DNA of 64,000 nucleotides from the human T2T-CHM13v2.0 reference genome, Homo sapiens. The stretch lies in NCBI RefSeq assembly GCF_009914755.1, contig NC_060933.1, one strand, 5' to 3'. A program made the position numbers and the translations under genes. Of this stretch, positions 14,201 through 27,440 are shown one piece after another. Each line of letters begins with the position of its first letter. Within the stretch, counting starts at the first letter, position 1. A model generated the notes under the pieces. That model did no database searches, was not told where the DNA came from, and saw only the letters and a program-made list of their open reading frames with translations.

Positions 14201-14989
14201 CCAGTCCTTTCCATTCCATTCCACTCGGGTTGATTCCATTCTATTCCTTTCCATTCCATTCCATTGCAATCGAGTTGATTCCATTGCATTGCATTCCATT
14301 CCATTCCATTCCATTCCGGATGATTCCATTCCATTGCATTCCATTCCTTTCCATTCCCCTGCACTCGGGTTGATTCCATTCCATTCCACTCCATTCCGTT
14401 CCATTCCATTCCATTCCATTGTATTCGGGTTAATTCCATTCCATTCCATTCCATTCCATTCCATTCCATTACAATCGAGTTGATTCCATTCCATTCCATT
14501 CCATTCCATTCCATTCAATTCCTTTGCATTCCATTCCACTCGGGTTGATTCCATTCTATTAGTTTCCATTCCATTCCATTCCCTTCCATTCCACTCTGGT
14601 TGATTCCACTCCTTTCCATTCCACTCGAATACATTCCCTCTTAATCCACTCGGAACAATTCCATTCCATTCCATTCCATTCCATTCCATTTCGTTCCATT
14701 CCATTCTATTCCGTACCATTCCATTCCATTCCATTCCATTCCATTTCATTCCATTGTACTCGGGTTGATTCCATTCCATTGCATTCCATTCCATTCCATT
14801 CAATTCCATTCCGTTCCATTCCATTCCATTACATTCGGATTGATTCTATTCAACTCCCTTACTTTCAATTACATTCCATTCCATTCGGATTGATTGTATT
14901 CAACTCCCTTACTCTCCATTACATTCCATTCCATTCGGGTTGTTCCATTCCTTTCCATTCCTTTCCACTCCATTCCACTGCACTCGGGT

Positions 14990-15955
14990 TGATTCCATTC
15001 CATTCCATTCCATTCCATTCCATTCTGGATGATTCCATTCCATTGCATTCCGTTCTATTACATTTCCCTGCACTCGCGTTGATTCCATTCCATTCCATTC
15101 CATTCGATTCCATTCCATTCCAATTCGTTCCATTCCATTCTATTCCGTACCATTCCATTAAATTCCATGCCATTCCATTCCATTCCATTCTATTCCATTC
15201 CATTCCATTCCGTTCTATTCCGTTCCATTCCATTCCATTCCATTCTATTAGGGTTAATTCCATTCCATTCCATTCCATTCCATTCTATACCATTCCATTG
15301 CAATCGAGTTGAATCCATTGCATTCCATTCCATTCCATTCCATTCCATTCCATTACGGAAGATTCCATTCCATTGCATTCCATTCCATTCCATTCCATTC
15401 CCCTGCACTCGCGTTGATTCCATTCCATTCCATTCCATTCCATTCCATTCCATTCAATTCCATTCCATTCCATTCCATTCGATTCCGGATGATTCCATTC
15501 CATTCCATTCCATTCCATTCCATTCCATTCTGGATGATTCCATTCCATTGCATTCCGTTCCATTACATTTCCCTGCACTCGCGTTGATTCCATTCCATTC
15601 CATTCCATTCCATTCCATTCCATTCCAATTCGTTCCATTCCATTCTATTCCGTACCATTCCATTAAATTCCATGCCATTCCTTTCCATTCCATTCTATTC
15701 CATTCCATTCCATTCCGTTCTATTCCGTTCCATTCCATTCCATTCCATTCTATTAGGGTTAATTCCATTCCATTCCATTCCATTCCATTCTATACCATTC
15801 CATTGCAATCGAGTTGAATCCATTGCATTCCATTCCATTCCATTCCATTCCATTCCATTCCGGAAGATTCCATTCCATTGCATTCCATTCCATTCCATTC
15901 CCCTGCACTCGCGTTGATTCCATTCCATTCCATTCCATTCCATTCCATTCCATTC
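14990..15955 (-). repeat. ~505-bp tandem duplication nested in block X (also in X' at ~23520-24485)
   Basis: TCTGGATG, CATTTCCCTG, CATTAAATTCCATGCC, CTATTAGGGTTAA and CTATACC each recur at +505. Confidence 0.9.
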
Positions 15956-17792
15956 CGTTCCGTTCCGTTCCGTTCCGTTCCATTCCATTCCATTCCATTC
16001 CATGCCATTCCGTTCCGTTCCATTCCATTCAATTCCATTCTATTCGGATTAATTCCATTCCATTCCATTTGATTGCAATCGAGTTGATTCCATTCCATTC
16101 CATTCCATTCCATTCCTTTCCATTCCATTACTAATGATTCCATTCCACTGCATTCCATTCCATTCCATTGCATTCCATTCCATTCCATTCCGTTCCATTC
16201 CATTCCATTACATTCGGGTTGATTGTATTCAACTCCCTTACTCTCCATTACATTCCCTTCCATTCGTGTTGTTCCATTCCATTCCATTCCATTCCACTCC
16301 ATTGCATTGCACTCGGGTTGATTCCATTCCATTCCATTCGATTCCATTCCATTCCATTCCATTCCGGATGATTCCATTCCATTGCATTCCGTTCCATTAC
16401 ATTCCCCTGCACTCGGGTTGATTCCATTCCATTCCATTCCATTCCATACCATTCCATTCGATTCCATTCCATTCCAATTCTTTCCATTCCATTCTATTCC
16501 GTACCATTCCATTCCATTCCATACAATTCCATTCCATTCCGTTCCATTCCATTCCGTTCCGTTCCGTTCCGTTCCGTTCCGTTCCATTCCATTCCATTCC
16601 ACTCTATTCGGGTTAATTCCATTCCATTCCATTCCATTCCATTCTATTACATTCCATTGCAATCGAGTTGAATCCATTTCATTCCATTCCATTCCATTCC
16701 ATTCCATTCCGGAAGATTCCATTCCATTGCATTCCATTCCATTCCATTCCCCTGCACTCGCGTTGATTCCATTCCATTCCATTCCATTCCATTCCATTCC
16801 TTTCCGTTTCATTCCATTCCATTCTATTCCATTCCATTCCATTCCGTTCCGTTCTGTTCCATTCCATTCCATTCCATTCTATTCGGGTTAATTCCATTCC
16901 ATTCCATTCCATTCGATTACAATCGAGTTGATTCCATTCCATTCCATTCCATTCCTTTCCATTCCATTACGGATGATTCAATTCCATTGCATTCCATTCC
17001 ATTCCATTCCCCTGTACTCGGGTTGATTCCATTCCATTCCATTCCAATCCATGCCATTCCACTCGTGTTGATTCCATTCTTTCCATTCCATTCAAGTTGA
17101 ATCCATTCCATTGCATTCCATTCCATTCGATTCCATTCGATTGCACTCGGGTTGATTCCATGGCATTGCATTCCATTCCATTCCATTCCATTCCATTCCA
17201 TTCCATTCCATTCCATTCCATTCGGATTCATTCTATTCAATTCCCTTACACTCCATTACATTCCATTCCATTCGGGTAGTTTCCATTCCATTCCATTCCA
17301 TTCCTCTCCATTCCATTGCACTCGGGTTGATTCCATTCCATTCCATTCCATTCCATTCCATTCCATTCCGGATGATTCCATTCCATGGAATTCCATTCCA
17401 TTCCATTCCCCTGCACTTGGGTTGATTCCATTCCATTCCATTCCATTCCTTTCTGTTCCATTCTATTCCATTCCATTCCATTCTATTCTTGTTAATTCCA
17501 TTCCATTCTATTCCATTCCATTCCATTGAAATCGAGTTGATTCCATCCCATTCCATTCCATTCCATTCCATTCCATTCCATTCCATTCTGGATGATTCCA
17601 TTCCATTGCATTCCATTCCATTCCATTCCCCTACACTCGGGTTGATTCCATTCCATTCCATTCCATTACATTCCGTTCCATTCCGTTCCATTCCATTCTA
17701 TTCGGGTTAATTCCATTCCATTCCATTCCACTCCATTCCAGTCCTTTCCATTCCATTCCATTCTATACCATTCCATTGCAATCGAGTTGAAT

Positions 17793-20700
17793 CCATTCCA
17801 TTCCATTCCATTCCATTCCATTCCATTCCATTCCATTGTACTCGGGTTGATTCCATTCCATTGCATTCTATTCCATTCCATTCCATTCCATTCCATTCCA
17901 TTCAATTCCATTCCATTCCGGATGATTCCATTCCATTGCATTCCATTCCATTCCATTCCCCTGCACTCGGGTTGATTACATTCCATTCCCTTCCCTTCCA
18001 TTCCTTTCCATTCCATTCCATTCCATTCTATTCGGGTGAATTCCATTCCATTCCATTCCATTCCATTCCATTCCATTGCAATCGAGTTGATTCCATTACA
18101 TTCCATTCCATTCCGTTCCGGATGATTCCATTCCATTGCATTCCATTCCATTCCATTCCCCTGCACTCGGGTTGATTCCATTCCATTCCATTCCATTCCA
18201 TTCCATTCTATTCCATTCCGTTCCATTCCATTCCATTCCATTCTATTCGGGTTAATTCCATTCCATTCCTTTCCATTCCATTCCAATCGAGTTAATTCCA
18301 TTCCATTGCATTCCATTCCACTCCATTCCAGTCCTTTCCATTCCATTCCACTCGGGTTGATTCCATTCTATTCCTTTCCATTCCATTCCATTGCAATCGA
18401 GTTGATTCCATTGCATTGCATTCCATTCCATTCCATTCCATTCCGGATGATTCCATTCCATTGCATTCCATTCCATTCCATTCCCCTGCACTCGGGTTGA
18501 TTCCATTCCATTCCACTCCATTCCGTTCCATTGCATTCCATTCCATTGTATTCGGGTTAATTCCATTCCATTCCATTCCATTCCATTCCATTCCATTCCA
18601 TTCCATTCCATTACAATCGAGTTGATTCCATTCCATTCCATTCCATTCCATTATATTCCATTCCATTCCATTACATTCCATTCCATTCCTTTCCATTCCA
18701 TTCCACTCGGGTTGATTCCATTCTATTAGTTTCCATTCCATTCCATTCCCTTCCATTCCACTCTGGTTGATTCCATTCCTTTCCATTCCACTCGAATACA
18801 TTCCCTCCTATTCCCTCGGAACAATTCCATTCCATTCCATTGCATTCTATTCCATTCCATTCCGTTCCATTCCATTCTATTCCATACCATTCCATTCCAT
18901 TCCATTCCATTCCATTCCATTCCATTCCATTCCACTCGTGTTGATTCCATTCCTTTCCATTCCATTCGGTTTGAAGCCATTCCATCCCATTCAATTCCAT
19001 TCCATTCCTTTCCATTCCATTTCGGATCATGCCATTCCATTGCTTTCCATTCCATTCCATTCCCCTGTACTCAGGTTTATTCCATTCCATTCCATTGCAA
19101 TCTATGGCATTCCACTCGTGTTGATTCCATTCTTTCCATTCCATTCTAGTTGAATCCATTCCATTGCATTCCATTCCATTCGATTCCATTCGATTGCACT
19201 CGGGTTGATTCCATTCCATTCCATTCCATTCCATTCCATTCCATTCCATTCCGTTCCATTCCATTCCATTACTTTCGGATTGATTCTTTTTAACTCCCTT
19301 ACTCTCCATTACATTCCATTCCATTCGGGTTCTTCCATTCCATTCCATTCCATTCCACTCCATTCCATTGCACTCGGGTTGATTCCATTCCATTGCATTC
19401 CATTCCATTCCATTCCATTCCATTCCATTCCGGATGATTCCATTCCATTGCATTCCGTTCTATTACATTCCCCTGCAATCGCGTTGATTCCATTCCATTC
19501 CATTCCATTCCATTCGATTCCATTCCATTCCAATTCGTTCCATTCCATTCTATTCCGTACCATTCCATTCCATTCCATAGCATTCCATTCCATTCCATTC
19601 CATTCCATTCCTTTCCATTCCGTTCTATTCCGTTCCATTCGATTCCATTCCATTCCATTCTATTAGGGTTAAATCCATTCCATTCCATTCCATTCCATTC
19701 TATTCCATTCCATTGCAATCGAGTTGAATCCATTGCATTCCATTCCATTCCATTCCATTCCATTCCGGAAGATTCCATTCCATTGCATTCCATTCCATTC
19801 CATTCCATTCCATTCCCCTGCACTCGCGTTGATTCCATTCCATTCAATTCCATTCCATGCCATTCCATTCCGTTCCGTTCCGTTCCATTCCATTCCATTC
19901 CATTCCATTCCGTTCCGTTCCATTCCATTCCATTCCATTCTATTCGGGTTAATTCCATTCCATTCCATTCGATTGCAATCGAGTTCATTCCATTCCATTC
20001 CATTCCATTCCATTCCATTCCATTCCTTTCCATTCCATTACTAATGATTCCATTCCATTGCATTCCATTCCATTCCATTCTCCTGTACTCGGGTTGATTC
20101 CATTCCATTCCATTCCATTCCATGCCATTCCACTCGTGTTGATTCCATTCTTTCCATTCCATTCAAGTTGAATCCATTCCATTGCATTCCATTCCATTCG
20201 ATTCCATTCGATTGCACTCGGGTTGATTCCATTATATTGCATTCCATTCCATTCCATTCCATTCCATTCCATTGTACTCGGGTTGATTCCATTCCATTGC
20301 ATTCCATTCCATTCCATTCCGTTCCATTCCATTCCATTACATTCGGGTTGATTCTATTCAACTCCCTTACTCTCCATTACGTTCCATTCCATTCGTGCTG
20401 TTCCATTCCATTCCATTCCATTCCACTCCATTGCATTGCACTCGGGTTGATTCCAATCCATTCCATTCCATTCCATTCCATTCCGGATGATTCCATTCCA
20501 TTGCATTCCGTTCCATTAAATTCGCCTGCACTCGGGTTGATTCCATTCCATTCCATTCCATTCCATATCATTCCATTCGATTCCATTCCATTCCAATTCT
20601 TTCCATTCCATTCTATTCCGTACCATTCCATTCCATTCCATACAATTCCATTCCATTCCTTTCCATTCCATTCCATTCCGTTCCGTTCCGTTCCGTTCCA

Positions 20701-23700
20701 TTCCATTCCATTCCATTCTATTCGGGTTAAATCCATTCCATTCCATTCCATTCTATTCCACTCCATTGCAATCGAGTTGAATCCATTGCATTCCATTCCA
20801 TTCCATTCCAATCCATTCCGGAAGATTCCATTCCATTGCATTCCATTCCATTCCATTCCCCTGCACTCGCGTTGAATCCATTCCATTCCATTCCATTCCA
20901 TTCCATTCCATTCCATTCCATTCCTTTCCGTTCCATTGCATTCCATTCCATTCCATTCCCTTCCATTCCGTTCCGTTCCATTCCATTCCATTCCATTCTA
21001 TTGGGGTTAATTCCATTCCATTCCATTTGATTACAATCGAGTTGATTCCAATCCATTCCAATCCATTCCATTCCATTCCATTCCTTTCCATTCCATTACG
21101 GATGATTCCATTCCATTGCATTCCATTCCATTCCATTCCCCTGTACTTGGGTTGATTCCATTCCATTCCATTCCAATCCATGCCATTCCACTCGTGTTGA
21201 TTCCATTCTTTCCATTCCATTCAAGTTGAATCCATTCCATTGCATTCCATTCCATTCGATTCCATTCGATTGCACTCGGGTTGATTACATTCCATTGCAT
21301 TCCATTCCATTCCATTCCATTCCATTCCATTCTATTCCGTTCCATTCCATTCCATTACATTCGGATTGATTCTTTTCAACTCCCTTACTCTCCATTACAT
21401 TCCATTCCATTCGGGTTGTTCCATTCCATTCCATTGCATTCCACTCCATTCCATTGCACTCGGGTTGATTCCATTCCATTCCATTCCATTCCATTCCATT
21501 CCATTCCATTCCATTCCCCTGCACTCGCGTTGATTCCATTCCATTCCATTCCATTCCATTCCATTCCTTTCCGTTCCATTCCATTCCATTCCATTCAATT
21601 CCGTTCCGTTCCATTCCATTCCATTCCATTCTATTCGGGTTAATTCCATTCCATTCCATTCGATTGCAATCGAGTTGATTCCATTCTATTCCATTCTATT
21701 CCATTCCATTCCATTCCATTCCATTCCATTCCTTTCCATTCCATTCCGGATGATTCCATTCCATTTCATTCCGTTCCATTACATTCCCCTGCACTCGGGT
21801 TGATTCCATTCCATTCCATTCCATTCCATTCCATTCCATTCCATTCCATTCCATTCCAATTCTTTCCTTTCCATTCTATTCCGTACCATTCCATTCCATT
21901 CCATTCCATTCCATTTCATTCCATTCCATTCTATTCCGTACCATTCCATTCCATCCCATTCCATTCCATTCCATTCCATGCCATTACACTCGGGTTAATT
22001 CCATTCCTTTCCATTCCATTCTTGTTGAATCCATTCCATTCCATTCCATTCGATTCCATTCCATTGCACTCCGGTTGATTCCATTCCATTCCATTCCATT
22101 CGATTTCATTCCATACCATTCCATTACATTCGGATTGATTCTATTCAATTCCCTTACACTCCATTACATTCCATTCCATTCGGGATGTTTCCATTCCATT
22201 CCACTCTATTCCATTGCATCGGGTTGATTCCATTCCATTCCATTCCATTCCATTCAATTCCATTCCATTCCATTCCATTCGATTCCGGATGATTCCATTC
22301 CATTGCATTCCATTCCATTCCATTCCCCTGCACTCGGGTTGATTACTTTCCATTCCCTCCCCTTCCATTCCTTTCCATTCCATTCCATTCCATTCTATTC
22401 GGGTGAATTCCATTCCATTCCATTCCATTCCATTCCATTCCATTCCATTCCATTCCATTTCATTCCATTCCATTCCATTGCAATCGAGTTGATTCAATTC
22501 CATTCCATTCCATTCCGTTCCAGATGATTCTATTCCATTGTATTCCATTCCATTCCATTCCCCTGCACTCGGGTTGATTCCTTTCCATTCCATTCCATTC
22601 CATTCCATTCTATTCCATTCCGTTCCATTCCATTCCATTTCATTCTATTCGGGTTAATTCCATTCCATTCCATTCCATTCCATTCCAATCGAGTTGATTC
22701 CATTCCATTCCATTCCATTCCACTCCATTCCAGTCCTTTCCATTCCATTCCACTCGGGTTGATTCCATTCTATTCCTTTCCATTCCATTCCATTGCAATC
22801 GAGTTGATTCCATTGCATTGCATTCCATTCCATTCCATTCCATTCCGGATGATTCCATTCCATTGCATTCCATTCCTTTCCATTCCCCTGCACTCGGGTT
22901 GATTCCATTCCATTCCACTCCATTCCGTTCCATTCCATTCCATTGTATTCGGGTTAATTCCATTCCATTCCATTCCATTCCATTCCATTCCATTACAATC
23001 GAGTTGATTCCATTGCATTCCATTCCATTCCATTCCATTCCATTCAATTCCTTTGCATTCCATTCCACTCGGGTTGATTCCATTCTATTAGTTTCCATTC
23101 CATTCCATTCCCTTCCATTCCACTCTGGTTGATTCCACTCCTTTCCATTCCACTCGAATACATTCCCTCTTAATCCACTCGGAACAATTCCATTCCATTC
23201 CATTCCATTCCATTCCATTTCGTTCCATTCCATTCTATTCCGTACCATTCCATTCCATTCCATTCCATTCCATTTCATTCCATTGTACTCGGGTTGATTC
23301 CATTCCATTGCATTCCATTCCATTCCATTCAATTCCATTCCGTTCCATTCCATTCCATTACATTCGGATTGATTCTATTCAACTCCCTTACTTTCAATTA
23401 CATTCCATTCCATTCGGATTGATTGTATTCAACTCCCTTACTCTCCATTACATTCCATTCCATTCGGGTTGTTCCATTCCTTTCCATTCCTTTCCACTCC
23501 ATTCCACTGCACTCGGGTTGATTCCATTCCATTCCATTCCATTCCATTCCATTCTGGATGATTCCATTCCATTGCATTCCGTTCTATTACATTTCCCTGC
23601 ACTCGCGTTGATTCCATTCCATTCCATTCCATTCGATTCCATTCCATTCCAATTCGTTCCATTCCATTCTATTCCGTACCATTCCATTAAATTCCATGCC

Positions 23701-25177
23701 ATTCCATTCCATTCCATTCTATTCCATTCCATTCCATTCCGTTCTATTCCGTTCCATTCCATTCCATTCCATTCTATTAGGGTTAATTCCATTCCATTCC
23801 ATTCCATTCCATTCTATACCATTCCATTGCAATCGAGTTGAATCCATTGCATTCCATTCCATTCCATTCCATTCCATTCCATTACGGAAGATTCCATTCC
23901 ATTGCATTCCATTCCATTCCATTCCATTCCCCTGCACTCGCGTTGATTCCATTCCATTCCATTCCATTCCATTCCATTCCATTCAATTCCATTCCATTCC
24001 ATTCCATTCGATTCCGGATGATTCCATTCCATTCCATTCCATTCCATTCCATTCCATTCTGGATGATTCCATTCCATTGCATTCCGTTCCATTACATTTC
24101 CCTGCACTCGCGTTGATTCCATTCCATTCCATTCCATTCCATTCCGTTCCATTCCAATTCGTTCCATTCCATTCTATTCCGTACCATTCCATTAAATTCC
24201 ATGCCATTCCTTTCCATTCCATTCTATTCCATTCCATTCCATTCCGTTCTATTCCGTTCCATTCCATTCCATTCCATTCTATTAGGGTTAATTCCATTCC
24301 ATTCCATTCCATTCCATTCTATACCATTCCATTGCAATCGAGTTGAATCCATTGCATTCCATTCCATTCCATTCCATTCCATTCCATTCCGGAAGATTCC
24401 ATTCCATTGCATTCCATTCCATTCCATTCCCCTGCACTCGCGTTGATTCCATTCCATTCCATTCCATTCCATTCCATTCCATTCCGTTCCGTTCCGTTCC
24501 GTTCCGTTCCATTCCATTCCATTCCATTCCATGCCATTCCGTTCCGTTCCATTCCATTCAATTCCATTCTATTCGGATTAATTCCATTCCATTCCATTTG
24601 ATTGCAATCGAGTTGATTCCATTCCATTCCATTCCATTCCATTCCTTTCCATTCCATTACTAATGATTCCATTCCACTGCATTCCATTCCATTCCATTGC
24701 ATTCCATTCCATTCCATTCCGTTCCATTCCATTCCATTACATTCGGGTTGATTCTATTCAACTCCCTTACTCTCCATTACATTCCCTTCCATTCGTGTTG
24801 TTCCATTCCATTCCATTCCATTCCACTCCATTGCATTGCACTCGGGTTGATTCCATTCCATTCCATTCGATTCCATTCCATTCCATTCCATTCCGGATGA
24901 TTCCATTCCATTGCATTCCGTTCCATTACATTCCCCTGCACTCGGGTTGATTCCATTCCATTCCATTCCATTCCATACCATTCCATTCGATTCCATTCCA
25001 TTCCAATTCTTTCCATTCCATTCTATTCCGTACCATTCCATTCCATTCCATACAATTCCATTCCATTCCGTTCCATTCCATTCCGTTCCGTTCCGTTCCG
25101 TTCCGTTCCGTTCCATTCCATTCCATTCCACTCTATTCGGGTTAATTCCATTCCATTCCATTCCATTCCATTCTATT
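17793..25177 (-). repeat. ~7.4-kb segmental block X' (copy 2)
   Basis: Differs from X mainly by whole-pentamer indels and a handful of substitutions. Similarity ends at ...CATTCTATT (16648/25177). Confidence 0.95.
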
Positions 25178-26730
25178 CCCTACCATACCATTCCATCCCA
25201 TTCCATTCCGTTCCATTCCATTCCATTACACTCGGGTTGATTCCATTCCTTTCCATTCCATTCTTGTTGAATGCATTCTATTCCATTCCATTCCATTCGA
25301 ATCCATTCCATTGCACTCGGGTTGATTCCATTCCATTCCATTCCATTCCATTTCATTCCATTCCATTCCATTACATTCGGATTGATTCTATTCAATTCCC
25401 TTACACTCCATTCCATTCCATTCCATTTGGGATGTTTCCATTCCATTCTATTCCATTCCACTCCATTCCATTGCATCAGGTTGATTGCATTCCTTTCCAT
25501 TCCATTCCATTCCGGATGATTCCATTACATTGCATTCTATTCCATTCCATTCCCCTGCACTCGGGTTGATTCCATTCCATTCCATTCCATTCCATTCCAT
25601 TCCATTCCGTTCCGTTCCGTTCCATTCCATTCCATTGCATTCTATTCCGGTTAATTCCATTCCATTCCATTCGATTCCATTCCATTCCATTCCATTCAAT
25701 TGCAATCGAGTTGATTCCATTCCATTCCATTCCATTCCGTTCCGGATGATTCCATTCCATTCCATTCCATTCCATTCCATTCCCCTGCAGTCGGGTTGAT
25801 TCCATTCCATTCGATTCCATTCCGTTCCATTCCATTCCATTCCATTCTATTCGGGTTAATTACATTGCATTCCATTCCATTCCTTTCCATTCCATTGCAT
25901 TCCAATCGAGTTGATTCCATTCCATTCCATTCCATTCCATTCCACTCCATTCCAGTCCTTTCCATTCCATTCCACTCGGGTTGATTCCATTCTATTCCTT
26001 TCCATTCCATTCCATCCCATTGCAATCGAGTTGATTCCATTGCTTTGCATTCCATTCCATTCCATTCCATTCTGGATGATTCCATTCCATTGCATTCCAT
26101 TCCATTCCATTCCCCTGCACTCGGGTTGATTCCATTCCATTCCACTCCATTCCGTTCCATTCCATTCCATTCCATTGCATTTTATTCGGGTTAATTCCAC
26201 TCCATTCCATTCCATTCCATTCCATTCCATTCCATTACAATCGAGATGATTCCATTCCATTCCATTCCATTCCATTCCATTCCATTCTATTCCAGTCCTT
26301 TCCATTCCATTCCACTCGGGTTGATTCCATTCTATTAGTCTCCATTCCATTCCATTCCCTTCCATTCCACTCTGGTTGATTCCATTCCTTTCCATTCCAC
26401 TCGAATACATTCCCTCCTATTCCACTCGGAACGATTCCATTCCATTCCATTCCATTCCATTTCATTCCATTCCATTCCAATTCGTTCCATTCCATTCTAT
26501 TCCGTACCATTCCATTCCATTCCATTACTTTCCATTCCATTCCATTCCACTCGTGTTGATTCCATTCCTTTCCATTCCATTCGGTTTGAAGGCATTCCAT
26601 TCCATTCAATTCCATTCCATTCCATTGCATTCTATTCCATCCCATTCCATTCCATTGTACTCGGGTTGATTCCATTCCATTGCATTCCATTCCATTCCAT
26701 TCCATTCCATTCCATTCCATTCCGTTGCAT

Positions 26731-27440
26731 TCCATTCCATTACATTCGGATTGATTCTATTCAACTCCCTTACTCTCCATTACATTCCATTCCATTCGGG
26801 TTGTTCCATTCCATTCCATTCCATTCCATTCCATTCCATTCCATTCCATTGCACTCGGGTTGATTCCATTCCACTCCATTCCATTCCATTCCATTCCAGA
26901 TGATTCCATTCCATTGCATTCCGTTCCATTACATTCCCCTGCACTCGCGTTGATTCCATTCCATTCCATTCCATTCCATTCAATTCCATTCCATTAAAAT
27001 TCGTTCCATTCCATTCTATTCCGTACCATTCCATTCCATTCCATACAATTCCATTCCATTCCATTCCATTCCATTCCGTTCCATTCCATTCCATTACATT
27101 CGGATTGATTCTATTCAACTCCCTTACTCTCCATTACATTCCATTCCATTCGGGTTGTTCCATTCCATTCCATTCCATTCCATTCCATTCCATTCCATTG
27201 CACTCGGGTTGATTCCATTCCACTCCATTCCATTCCATTCCATTCCGGATGATTCCATTCCATTGCATTCCGTTCCATTACATTCCCCTGCACTCGCGTT
27301 GATTCCATTCCATTCCATTCCATTCCATTCAATTCCATTCCATTACAATTCGTTCCATTCCATTCTATTCCGTACCATTCCATTCCATTCCATACAATTC
27401 CATTCCATTCCATTCCATTCCATTCCATTCCATTCCATTC
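26731..27440 (-). repeat. ~350-bp tandem duplication
   Basis: TACATTCGGATTGATTCTATTCAACTCCCTTACTCTCC at 26741 and 27095, each followed by the same word series through CATACAATTCC. Confidence 0.85.

Larger units (their letters stand above)
9254..16648 (-). repeat. ~7.4-kb segmental block X (copy 1)
   Basis: Co-linear with 17793-25177 at offsets 8524-8539. Many spurious ORF pairs are identical (e.g. 10142..10924 / 18671..19453; 14779..15312 / 23308..23841). Confidence 0.95.
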
